64,000 nt of DNA from Macrostomum hystrix (taxonomy: Eukaryota; Animalia; Platyhelminthes): NCBI GenBank assembly GCA_950097015.1, contig CATNEN010000038.1, positions 22,940,001 to 23,004,000 on the forward strand, in the 5' to 3' direction. This document shows, piece after piece, positions 23,701 to 36,500 of this stretch. The position numbers were made by a program, and so were the translations under genes. Positions within the stretch are counted from its first letter, which is position 1. Every line of letters starts with the position of its first letter. The notes below the pieces were generated by a model that saw only the letters and a program-made list of their open reading frames with translations, made no database searches and was not told the DNA's origin.

Positions 23701-26700
23701 CATTCACATCGTCTCATTTACATCGTCTCATTCACATCGTCTCATTTACATCGACTCATTCGCATCTTCTCATTCATATCGTCTCATTCACATCGTCTCA
23801 TTCACATCGTCTCATTTACATCGTCTCATTCACATCGTCTCATTTACATCGACTCATTCCCATCTTCTCATTCATATCGTCTCATTCACATCGTCTCATT
23901 CACATCGTCTCATTTACATCGACTCATTCGCATCTTCTCATTCATATCGTCTCATTTACATCGACTCATTCGCATCTTCTCATTCATATCGTCTCATTCA
24001 CATCGTCTCATTCACATCGTCTCATTTACATCGTCTCATTCACATCGTCTCATTTACATCGACTCATTCCCATCTTCTCATTCATATCGTCTCATTCACA
24101 TCGTCTCATTCACATCGTCTCATTTACATCGACTCTTTCGCATCGTCTCATTCACATCGTCTCATTCACATCGTCTCATTTACATCGTCTCATTTACATC
24201 GACTCATTCGCATCTTCTCATTCATATCGTCTCATTTACATCGTCTCATTCACATCGTCTCATTTACATCGACTCATTTACATCGTCTCATTCATATCGT
24301 CTCATTCACATCGTCTCTTATTTTTGAGCCTTCTTCAAAGGCTTCAAAGTGCCGCCTTCATATTTTTGTCTTATCTTTCCTCTTTGGATCACCCAATCAC
24401 ATCTTCACTACTAATTAAATCATCGGCAAGGAAGTTGCCTAAAAAATTGTCATTTTTATAATCTACTAGAAGAATTTATAGTCAGTTGCCGCGTTATCTA
24501 ACGCTTTATTGGCCTGGTGTGGGCCGATTAATAAAAAAATATTTGGCAACATTCTTCTACTATATCTACACCACAACATGTAATGCTGCTTTGCATGTCG
24601 CTGAAAATTCTAAGAAATCGGTTCATGTTTTCCAGGAAATTGGCAGCTAGTGTGCGTGGTTCCATGCAGTATTCTGTGTGTTACTTTGGTACACAGCCAT
24701 ACTCTTTTGTGTTTGTAGTTCTAAAGACTGCGAGAAAAGTATTTGTGCAATATAGCTTTGAATTGAAGCTTAGTTTTAACAAATTTTTACTGGGTACATT
24801 TACAAATTGTGATTAATCAATCAATCAATTAATCAATGTTCTTTAACACAACCGATTGAAAATACTCCGCAAAAAGTGTTTGCTAAGTCATATTTATAGT
24901 AAGTCATCCTGGGAATTTTAAGCGAACGCTAAAAAAATATTTCCTGCAGAAGACTGAGACTCAATAGGTGAGAAACTGTGATTCATATTAATGCCTGCAT
25001 CAAGAGGTAGGCTTCACATAATCAAATCACAAAAGGCCATTTCAGAAGCATGATCAAGGACCTTGCAGATTGAATTGGCTTTGAAAATTATACACTCGTA
25101 GCTCTTAACGGTCTTTAAAGCTCAATTGTGTTGATGATCAAGTTTAGATCAAGTTCTAAACAAAATTACGTTTTGACAACAAAATGGCGGAAATTTTCTT
25201 TTTAAAGTTTTAATCTTCTGATCTAGTCCATTCTTTGCGAAAAATATCTTGATCTCCGAGATCAATCTCTTCATAAATTTGAATTTTGAATTAGAAAACG
25301 AATGTCTTTCTAAAATACTAAGTAAGTTGCATTTGCAGTTTCCGTAAATTGTGTGAGACAGAAAATAAAAGAGCGATACATTTTTTCTTTCAGTTGTCTT
25401 TGTTATAGTCCACTGTATTTATTCTTTACAATACACAAATTACATGTCATTAAGAAGTGCCGTTTTTATAGCTTATTAATTAAAGTACAGATTGATTTAT
25501 TAAAACACATAGCAGATTCAGGCTTGTTCTTCCATTTTTATCGATAGAAAATTATCTCCGTAAAAAGAAAGGATTAAAAATACATATAAATTAAACAAAT
25601 TATCTTGATCGATATAGTGAAAATTATAACAAAATACTAAAATATAAATTTCTAATTTCTAAAAAACCCTTTCACCCCTAATGACGAAAGAATGTAAAGC
25701 ATTGAAGGAAATTTCTTGTCTATTTATATAATTCTACGTCTGAAGCTCTACTTTTATTTGAAATAAAATACTACGATTATAATAAATAAATATAAATAAT
25801 AAACAAAAATGACCGCAGTGTAAAAAACAGACATGTAAACAGATGAAATAGCGAAAAAAAACTATTTAGTTAAATCGACAGTTAGCAATGACAGTTTATT
25901 TTTTTTGCTTTTTTTAATATTGATCTAATGTATGATAATTATAATCGTAATCGCAGCAAAAGTCACAGCGTGTCAGTATACAGCATCCTCAGTATGAAAT
26001 CAAATCTCATTCATTTACTTAGCCAAACTAAATAAATTTATCCTAAAACTCGTCACACCCCACGCACAACTATTATATAGGAACACAGCGTGGGAGACCT
26101 GCAATTTTCGCTTTCCTACCTGCCATCGGCAAAGCGCCTTAGCGTTTCAATCATGAAGGCTCGAAATCTGCGCGAGGCACACAAGGACAAGCCGCTAGCA
26201 GGTGACGAACAGTTTAACAAAAAGCCATTAGATTGGACTGGTTTTAATCGGATGTGCTGCTAATGGGTTTTGTTGAATTAAATATACACTTCTCCAAGTA
26301 GCCTTTAATGTAATCTTAAAATAGAATTTTTGACGCTTGTGTAAAATACGATCGCAACCCATTTTCGTCACTTGATTGAGGTTGTCATCTAATCCATTGC
26401 CCAAATCGAATCTCACGTTTTTCATACACTGCGGGTGCTGGGTGTGGGCTCTGGATGGGAGTCAGGCAATGGGTGTGGTGCCTAGACACTGAATGGGGTG
26501 CTAGACGTTAGGTAGACGTGTTGGACAATCGATGGGTGTTAGACACTGGGTGGGGTGTTAGACGCTGACTGGGTGGGTGTTAGACACTAAGTGGTGTTAG
26601 GTACTTGGTGGGGTGTTAGATACTTGGTGAGGTGTTAGATATTGGGTGGAGAGTGTTAGACACTGGGTGGAGTGTGTTAGATACTGGGTGGGGTGTTACA

Positions 26701-27310
26701 TACTCGATGGGGTGTTAGACACTGGGTGGTGTGTTAGACACTGTTTGGGGTGTTAGATACTGGGTGGGGTGTTAGATACTGGGTGTAGTATGTTAGACAC
26801 TGGGTGGGGTGTTACATACTGATTGGGTGTTAGACACTGGGTAAATTGTGTTAGATACTGGATTTGGTGCATGTGTTAGATACTGGGTGGGGTGTTAGAC
26901 GTTTAGTGAATCTGTAAACTCAGGCTGTTTGCAGGTTGCAGGGCTGCAAGAGCTCAAACGTGCTTGCCTCTCCCCCTGTTCCCGCAGACTCCTCAGTTCG
27001 GGTCACCCTGTCCACCCAGAACGGCAAGAAGCAGAAAAAGAAGAAGACTTCCTCATGCAAGACGCCGGGCAACCCAGTCTGGGAGGAGGCTCTGGTCTTC
27101 AACGGAGTCCCGGAAGAGGATCTAACTCGCGGCTCCCTGGACCTGATCGTCTGTCACGACGGTGTCCTCAGCAGCTCGGAGATCAGCCGGGTCTACCTGG
27201 GTCCAGACACCGGTGGCGATGAGTACCAGCACTGGTGGAACATGGTGAAGTCCAAGAGCGCTGCAGCCAGGTGGCATAAGCTCTACCCAATGAGCCACGC
27301 TCATAAGTAG
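17945..27310 (+). CDS. Synaptotagmin-like tandem C2 domain protein (Syt15/17-like); exons 17945-18106 (tentative), 20142-20323, 21916-22353, 26081-26201, 26988-27310; 5' end unresolved
   Basis: C2A: GQLNFSLEF...LTVRVIQAIDL...NPYCRVALLP...TKIHKKTLTPEFEEEFIF...FDYD; C2B: GDLQFSLSYLPSAKRLSVSIMKARNL...KKKKT...NPVWEEALVF...HW.NM...RWHKL; GT-AG junctions with phases 1,0,0,1 are consistent. Confidence 0.85.
18225..18795. repeat. 20-bp minisatellite (AAAACTGATCCCATCTCCAT)
   Basis: Tandem units. Confidence 0.93.
19158..19692. repeat. ~25-bp pyrimidine-rich minisatellite (CTTGTTCCTCAATCCACCCCTCTCT)
   Basis: Tandem units. Confidence 0.93.
20401..20725 (+). mobile_element. tRNA-headed SINE, family copy 1; flanked by (TCAA)n and (CTAT)n microsatellites
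   Basis: Near-identical to copies at 30555, 40134, 45645, 55538 and 56518; B-box-like GCTCGATTCC. Confidence 0.85.
23212..24318. repeat. 14-bp minisatellite (CATCGTCTCATTCA)
   Basis: Tandem units; explains ORF 22985-24418. Confidence 0.96.
26425..26902. repeat. ~20-bp diverged minisatellite (GGGTGTTAGACACTGGGTG)
   Basis: Tandem units in the last synaptotagmin intron. Confidence 0.85.
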
Positions 27311-28235
27311 ACCCAGCTGATAATTGTCTACACTAACTCAACATTCTTGAGATTTTTGTTGTAAAATAATATATCTCTGCTTCTCTCCATTTTTGTCAGT
27401 TTTAAATAAGAAGCGAATCTAACAGTTCACAACACACTAATTGTGTCTAACTGTTCCTGATTAGCTGCAATATCATGTACTTGTGTTTCAGTTGAATATA
27501 AATCTAGATTTTGAACTACTGCAATGCATTGGCAGATTTGAATATCAAATAACACGAAATCTCGTAGCTATGACGTCACTATATACTATATACTATAAAT
27601 CTATAAATAGAAACACGAACTTAACGACTCCCATCCTATAGCTGTTATGTTTACTAATCACTAGTTTAGTTTTATATACTAAAATCCTGTTTGAAAATTG
27701 TACTCTTCTTCTTGTCTGTTATTACTTTAAAGAAAATTCTAGTAATCCATTTTAAATTACTAGTAAATTATTGTCGATAGAATTCTAGACAATCTATTCA
27801 ATCTGGATGACACCAAAACCCGTCAACATCAAAGCGTATCGATATCTTCTAATTACAACCTAAATTCCAGTGTTTCTGACCACTCGAATTCCGCAACAAG
27901 CTGCTGCTTGTTTTATTCGAAAAAAAATTCTAGTGTCTTTATTGTGACTTTCATTAGAAATTTTGATGTCTTAATCCAGCTCAGTTCGATTCTAAAACAA
28001 GTTTCTGTACCAAATTGAATAAAACAAACTACGAGTACATCGTAAATTTAAATCGGGCACCTTTTTAAAGAGTGAATAAAAAACGAACCCAAGCTATAGT
28101 TTGCCTTAATCGGCTTCATACTTATAAAATATGAACCTAAAAAGCAAATAAAAAATATTTCTCCATAGTAAAGTAGCATATAGTAGTGTTTTTATGTGTT
28201 CATTTATTACAAGACCATTTTGCCGCCGGTTTTAA

Positions 28236-28753
28236 TACTAAGGGGGAGACCCGAATGCAAAAAGCATTGGGTGGTGACTGACTGGTTGACAGACTAGCCG
28301 ATGGTGTCCTGTGGTTGAGCTGCACCTAATATTTACAATCGATCGATGAAATCGGAGAAATTCGCGTCAGCGTTTCCATAGCGGCCTAGTTCCACCTGTT
28401 GTAGCCACGAAGGTCCAGCAGTTCCGTCTAGATAAGGTAGGTGACCACCGAAGACGGAGATGATGCAGGCAGATTCGGGTGACATGCTAATCATTTTTGA
28501 AGGCCTGGCAGGACCGCACTGAGGCGCAGTGCTAATTCGTGTATAGGGGTGTATGAATGTCTGATGTGGGAAAAATCAGACCTTCGGCCAGAACCATTGA
28601 ATATCTCGACGGTCTGAAGAGCTGGCGACTTGTTTACTGTTTCAAAAGATGCGCAACAAAAAGTATAGTCCCGCGTTCTTGAGTTTCGTGTGCTTGCGTT
28701 GCTCCGTTCGGGTGCAGCAAAAATAACTGACAGGGGGAATTCCCCCCTTGGTA
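28236..28753. mobile_element. Putative non-autonomous DNA element (MITE or Helentron-associated)
   Basis: Terminal inverted match TACTAAGGGGG / CCCCCTTGGTA; 3' hairpin GGGGG-AATT-CCCCC; GC-richer than its AT-rich flanks; single copy in the window. Confidence 0.45.
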
Positions 28754-30124
28754 GTTCTACTGTTAAATACTAATTATTACTATTAATATTATATAAAACT
28801 GTAGCTAAATTTTGATTTGGAACTATGGAACGTGATTTCAATGTCGTTTCCACACAACCCTAAACAGAAAGGATATATTTAGTGGCTCATTTCTACAGTT
28901 TAAAAAAAAATTGAAAGCGCCCAATTCAGCCCGCATTGTTTTTGTCCTGACATGCAGGTGGGCAGATACGTAAAGGAACAGGCAAAGCATGCAGGCATAT
29001 TTTTATCTACTCAAAGCCTGTACAGAGGCTAGAATGAATCGCGCTATGGCAATCCGCAAAATTTCACTAGTGGTTTCAATTAAAACGAAATAACCAGCTG
29101 ACAACCAGCTGACGTTGGCAATTGTTTAAATGATTTCTTTCAACAATTGTGTAAAAATCATTTCTTGACTTTCATTTATTTGATCACAAAATCTTCGTTA
29201 TCACAAAGCTTGATTTTTCTAATCAGTTAAAACAAAAATATTAATATTTCGAGCCAAATTATTAATTAATGAGTCTATAATGCTTTTTTAATGTAAGTTA
29301 CATTTAAGTTCGTAAAAAACTATAAGTTTATAATTTGTTGCATCTAAGCTGTATTAACGATGTTTTGTTAAGTTAAATCGCTTTTGAATTCTGTTTTTTT
29401 TCACGAGGTGCTTTTTTTACGAATTTCTTTAAATAAGATCGGAATAGAGAATTAAGTAAAGCAAGATACTTTTGAATAAAATTAGATTCAGAATGTTTTA
29501 ATTATTACAGCTGCAGTTTACACTAATAGCAATTTATTTTTAGCATCAAATCGGTAAGAAGTAACAAATGATGACATTTTCTAAAAAAATAGCGTCATTT
29601 ATGTTTAATCGTGTTCTTATTAGGGCCACAAAAGCAGTTTTTTTCCGAAATTATTTTCTTCAGAAAGTGTTTTCAAACAACACTTTCAGATATTATAAAT
29701 GGAGTGAGGTGTACGCACAGCATAAGTGATTGGATTGGTCGGCGCAAGATAACAAGAGAATGTGATCGTGAAGGGGTGTTCATTCCAATATTTTGGTCAG
29801 CCAATTAGACTGAAGAATATTAAGGTCGCGGAGTGAGGTGGGTGGTCCATTTCTAACAGAATGAAATGTTTTTGGAGATCAAAGTGCAGATTATAGTTCA
29901 TCATATGCACACAGAGATACGGAAATATATTTATACAACTGTTCTTTTCTAAGCTGTTCAGGCGATATAAACAAATGAAACTATTTCTTTTCGATTTCAA
30001 TTTGATCCGATCCTTATAGGTGACGAACTAAATAATTATGTGTTCTAAACTTTATTGAATACATATACAGTATATGTTCATTTTATTAGTAGAAGTGCCA
30101 CTCTAATAACAGTGGACGCCTGGC

Positions 30125-30552
30125 TTACACAAAACTACTGGTCAGGTAGGGGCTACCGTACACGAAGCCGCTGCGACCTTCCGCTGTCCTATTGTTGCCT
30201 GCTAGAGAAGGGTCAACCAGGTAGCGAACAGTCTGAAACTTTGGCCCTCCTGATGGCAAATCTTCTAGTAGTAAGTGTTGCTGCTGCTGCTGCTGCTGGA
30301 TCCATCTTCTTCTAGTCGGGTCAGTTGACGGTGGTCTTAAACTCTTGTAGTAGCTGTCAGCTTTGACGGCCTCGGAGCTGAGTATATTCAGCCGGCGGCC
30401 GCCGTCGGATTGTTCGGCTTCGGCTCTGTCGACGAGGCCGGCGTGGAGGAAAGCCGCGGCCGACTCGCTGTCCTCGCTGCGACGTCGCTGATTGGGCTGC
30501 AAGGTGTTGTCGAAGCGCGACTGAGGCCTCTGGTAGTAACCTGTTGGAGAGT

Positions 30553-30593
<41 letters not shown>

Positions 30594-33500
30594 TGCAGGA
30601 GGGCTGCGAGCAGTGAAGCCCATCATTCGGTGACACTAGACCCGCAGCCAGCGAGGAGGCAATTCTGCCCATTTCGCTGACTCCTGAGCACACACGCACA
30701 CAGTTACTGTACTCAGGCACACGCTCACACAGGTGTGTACATCTGCCCCGACTTTCTCATCGTCAGGCAGTGTACACTCTCACTGTGCCTTGGAGGTTGG
30801 CCCTCAAGGGCGTCAATTGCACGACAAGCCCCACAAGCCTTCTCTCCGCGACTGCGCCCCAAATAAATGTGGCCTCGCCGTGGAATCGAACTTAGGGACC
30901 TTGGTGCGAGAGGCAAACGCATGAACCGATTTGCCACCGACCCCCCAGTGGAGAGTTTATTCGGAGTACCAAATCTCAGTCGATATTTTACTTGAGTTTA
31001 CGAGATTTCACTAGAGTTTGCGAGATTGTGCTTGACTTCGCGAGATATTACTTGAATTTACTAGAGTTTACTTGAGTTTACAAGTTTTTCCATGAGTCAA
31101 AAATATTTTATTTGTTCTGTTAGGGCTTACTAATTTCACTAGAAGACAGCACTAGCAGCAACGCTAATACTCCTTACATAACTACTGACTAGTAGCATGT
31201 GCGGGCTCTACTAGAAGCAGCAGCGATCGATATTTCAAAATAAGTAACTCATATTTGTCTCACTTGTCTGATGCAGTGGACGTCGGTTAACAAAATAATG
31301 CGGGCCAGCTGTTGAAAACTGAAATTTTCGTTTAAAATTTAAAATACATTGTGATAATACATTGAGTCTAATTGCTTCCAAAAAGCAATTCGGTACTGTA
31401 AAATGCCTTTGATCAATGACTGGAGAGATATAAGGGTTAAGAGAATCAAAGGTTCAAAGACTATTTGAAAGGTTACAATACTATTTGGAGGGTTCCAGGA
31501 CTGTTTGAAGGGTTCCTTAGACTGTTTGAAGGGTTCCTTAGACTGTTTGAAGGGTTCCTTAGACTGTTTGAAGAGCTCCACGATATTTGGGTATGGGCCC
31601 ATGACTTCTGTGTTAAATGGGTCTGTCAATTCTAATTTCGGTCGCTCACATCGTCGTCATCCTCGCAGACGTCGGCGGACTTCAAAAAGCCGGCAGACCT
31701 TTGCTTTGGCAGCGATATGAATGTTCGTCCGTCTGTGGCAGCCAGTTCCGCATTCAGACTGTTGCGGTCGAGGCCGAGAACAGGTTGGTTGTTGCTGCTG
31801 CGTCCAAAGCCGAGTTTCTCGAGCCAACCTGCTTGCAATCAGAAGAGTTAGAAGATAGAGAATGAGAGGGAGAATGAGAGGAAGAATGAGAGGGAGAATG
31901 AGAGGGAGAATGAGAATGAGAATGAGAATGTAAGGGAGAATGAGAGGGAGAATGTGAGGGAGAATGAGAATGAGAATGAGAATGTAAGGGAGAATGAGAG
32001 GGAGAATGTGAGGGAGAATGTGAGGGAGAATGTGAGGGAGAATGTGAGGGAGAATGAGAATGAGAATGAGAATGTAAGGGAGAATGAGAGGGAGAATGTG
32101 AGGGAGAATGAGAGGGAGAATGAGAATTAGAGGGAGATTGGGATCGAGAGAGATGAGAAGAAGGCAGACCATTGACCGGACCTCATGAAACCGATGAAGG
32201 CTTGTCCCTAATCCTGAACAATTTTTTAAACAAAAAATGCGTGCCTACGAGGGAGAATCTCGTAGATAATGTTGAAGCTAGGCAATATTTTTAAATCCCT
32301 CCCTTAGTCATGCTTCCATCCCAGACTCGCAAGCCACTTCTACCCTCAGTTTTTCATGCTCGGATAGTTTTTGGGGTAAATGCTGAGGAAATTAGTTACA
32401 GAGCTGGACTAAAACAATAATCCGTAAGCAAACTATGAACTACGCGTATAAAAGGCTTGTTCGGCCTTGTTCCGCTGTCAAAATTGTACCGGATATTGGG
32501 GGCTAGCATTTGACTGAAAGTCGAGTTGTTGAGACACAGGATATGAGAAAATATGAGAGGCGCCAACCGCAAAAACTCTGCTCTTTCTCTCTGACGCTCT
32601 CGACGATCTCTCTCTCGTATCTATAGTCGTAGTGATTTCCTTATCTGCTATCGTCAGTTGTCAATAGGGATTGCAACTGGCGGTAAATTTCAAAACACAC
32701 CCGATTTGTTGGTATGACAATTTAAAATTCAATTAACAATCCTTTTTTAAATTATTTACCTAAAGTTGGAATAAATTTAGGAATAATATATTTGATAATT
32801 CCGTACTTAAGTTTTTGAATTCTAGTGGGATGATTGTTCTAGTGAGTGCGAGCGAGACAAATATGTTTACCTGCTAAGTTTGTTAACCAAGTTTGTTTAC
32901 CTGCAAAGTTTGTTAACCAAGGTCTACATCTTTAGAAATCATATTCACGCTCGTAATTTCGGAGATTGGTACTAATGTCTAATGTAATCCCTTAATCCCT
33001 AAATCCCTACCTAATCCTTAAATCCTTCCCTAATCCCTAAATTTTCCTTAATCTCTAAATCTTTAATTTATCTCTAAAACTCCCTTCTCTATTAAAATCC
33101 TCACTATCCCATTTCGAATTCTAATTTTCTTTCACTAATCATTTCGTAAAAACGCATGCACTACGGTTTTATTTTTACATCTTTAATTCCCCGTTCACTG
33201 TGAAATCCTACTGCGATAATCCGCTCACCCAGCCGGCCCTTACTCCTACCACCGCCGGCTGCTGCTAATCCGTTGGGCGCGCCAGCGGCGCCAGCAACGC
33301 CCTCCGTCGTGGTGGTAAATGTCGAGTCTTCCGACCTAGCACCGGGCAGCTGCAGATAATAGCAGAAATAGGCTAACAGAAGCACCACGCATAGCAGCAC
33401 CAGAAATGACAGCGACACGCAGACGGTCACGACAATCAGATCGCGGGCTCCGCCATCCCGCCCGACTCCCGCGTTGTCTCCGGGACGCCCGCCGCGGTCT

Positions 33501-36500
33501 GCGCCGACCCCGGCACCGGAGTCGTCTCTGGGCTTATCGCCGGTGAATCGAACCGTGAGGCCCTGACGACTGGTCCGACGACCGGCGACATTCGGGCCGG
33601 CGTCTGTCGCCGATATCGTCAGGCGACAGGACAGTCCCAGATGGCTGGGAGGAGCGCTGGCCAGGACCAGCTGACCGGATTCGGGTGGGCTCAACCGGAA
33701 GAGGTCCGAATGGCAGGCCAGGAGTTGCGAATTGTCATCAACAGTGTGAGTCACCAGGCTGTACATCAGTCGGCCATTGTCGCCTTCGTCGGCGTCCTCG
33801 GCGCTAATGATCGCCACAACTGTGCCGGGACTTTCGTGGACGCTGACGTTTAAAGTGGAATTGCGACTAGATGGAAACAGGAATCGTGGCGCATTGTCGT
33901 TCTCGTCCAACACCTGACATCATCCAACATCATCAGAATGGTTTGTTAGTCACTGAAGACTCTTCTGAGCCATCCAGCTACCATCCAGCAACCACCCAGC
34001 GACCATCCAGCTACCATCCAGCGACCACCCAGCGACCATCCAGCTACCATCCAGCTACCATCCAGCTACCATCCAGCTACCATCCAGCGACCATCCAGCT
34101 ACCATCCAGCTACCATCCAGCTACCATCCAGCTACCATCCAGCTACCATCCAGCTACCATCCAGCTACCATCCAGCTACCATCCAGCTACCATCCAGCAA
34201 CCATCCAGCGACCATCCAGCGACCATCCAGCGACCACCCAGCGACCATCCAGCGACCATCCAGCGACCATCCAGCGACCATCCAGCGACCATCCAGCGAC
34301 CATCCAGCGACCACCCAGCGACCATCCAGCTACCATCCAGCTACCATCCTTCTACCATCCAGCTACCATCCAGCTACCATCCAGCTACCATCCAGCTACC
34401 ATCCAGCTACTAATTCTCACCATAATGGTGATCAGAGTGTCGGTGCTTCGCTGCGGCAGGCCGTGGTCGAAGGCTCGCACCAGCAGCTGATGGCTGCCGC
34501 TCGTCTCTCTGTCAAGTCGTTGCCGAGTGGCTCCCAGCAGCTCGATGCCACCGTCTGGATTGACGCGAAACAGCTGACTGGGCCGAGCCAGTGCGAAGCT
34601 CACTCGGCCGTTCTCCCCCTCATCATCGTCTTTGGCTGTCAGTTTGCCGATTCGGTGTCCGGGCTGTGCGCTCTCCAGCACTCTGATGGTGGAATTGTCG
34701 AAGACGCCGCTGCCGCCAACGCCCAGAAACACCGGCGCGCAGTCGTTCTCGTCGTCGATGCTAACGCGAAAGCTGACGGCGTCGGTTAATTCGCGTCTTT
34801 GAAAGTCGTGCGCGACTACAGTGCAACCGACGCTTGAGTTTCGCTCGCGGTCGAAAGCGACTCGAGTGTAGAGTGTTCCGTTGCGTTGTCCGATGCCCAG
34901 GTAGGCTGAGCAGGACTCCGACACCTGGTTTGTGTTATTTTTGACCGTTTTGACTTTGTTAGAATTCAATTCTAGCATCAATGCCGTGTACTTTGTACTT
35001 TACTTTGTACTCCGGTACTTTAGCATCAATCCTGAACTGAGAATAATCTTGTACCGAAAATCCAGTATTGAGAATCCTGTGTACAGAACATCCAGTATTG
35101 AGAATGCTCTGTGGAACAGTACCTGGTAGACAGTCCTGGCATTGTCTCCCTCGTCGGCATCCCTGGCCAGCACCTGGCCAACCGGGGTGCCAGGAGGCCG
35201 ATTCTCTGGCACTCTCAGATGCAACGGACTGCTGGGAAATCTCGGCGGCGAGTCGTTGACGTCGCGAACTAGAATTCTAAACTGGCGCATTGTGCTCAAA
35301 CCGGCCGAGTCGTGACAAGTCAGCCGCAGGGTGTACTCCGGTGTTTGTTCACGATCCAGAGGTCGACTATTCTTGAGTATGTACCGCCGACGACCGGGGT
35401 CTTCAAGTCGTCCAACACCGCCGACGCCGCTGGTGAAGGACGCATCCGACAGCAGAATGAAGGCATCCTGGGCGCGATTGAAATCGACAATGTCGCAGTC
35501 GAGGCGTCGATTTCTTTCGTCGATGTCACGATCGACAACGTCGACAATGGCCAGCATTGCCGAGGGCTGATTCTCCAGCACCGACAGGCCGAGGTCCGTC
35601 GAGATCGGACTGACCAGAATCTCAGGAGCATTGTCGTTGATATCCTCCACCTGAAAATGGTACGAGTTCTTCTACTATAAAAATATTTTTTATCTTTTCA
35701 TCTTTTATCTTTTTATTTTTCATCGAGAATTCTGAATCGAGAATTTAGATTTCTGAATGAAGATTTTGCATTTCTGATTGAAGATTTTGCATTTCTGATT
35801 GAAGATTTTGGACTTCTGATTGAAGATTTTGCATTTCTGATTGAAGATTTTGGATTTCTGATTGAAGATTTTGGATTTCTGATTGAAGATTTTGGACTTC
35901 TGATTGAAGATTTTGCATTTCTGATTGAAGATTTTGGATTTCTGATTGAAGATTTTGGATTTCTGATTGAAGATTTTGGACTTCTGATTGAAGATTTTGG
36001 ATTTCTGATTGAAGATTTTGGATTTCTGATTGAAGATTTTGGATTTCTGATTGAAGATTTTGGATTTCTGATTGAAGATTTTGCATTTCTGAATCAGTTT
36101 TTCGGGTTTCAAAATCCAACTTTTAGATGGAATGTAGATTTTGAATGTCAAAAGCGTGACTGAGTGTTCAAGTTTAACGGCTACAGTTCTGCATTTTGTA
36201 TTGACAGTTCAAAACTATTTTCTTCGCAAACGAGACTATTAGAATGGGATTATTAATTCACTAATGCTGCCTTCAGAAAAAAAGCTAACAGGAAAGAATT
36301 TACCGAATCGGATCAGAAGCAACTGGACTTTCTGCTTATTTTCTACTTGAAGGAGCTGCAAGAATTAACTACAAATCTCTGCACAATTATTTCAGGCTCC
36401 ATAAATCCTTGTGATTAGTCATTGATCAGAGTAGCAAGGCAATTCTGGTTTGTAGCCGTTTTTTAGGGAAAAATATCCCCTGCAAAATTGGGGCACAAAA

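Noticed and set aside
35745-36119. Heptad coiled-coil-like ORF (QNLQSEI)n
   Set aside because: A 21-bp satellite inside protocadherin intron 2; the gene model is complete and in frame without it
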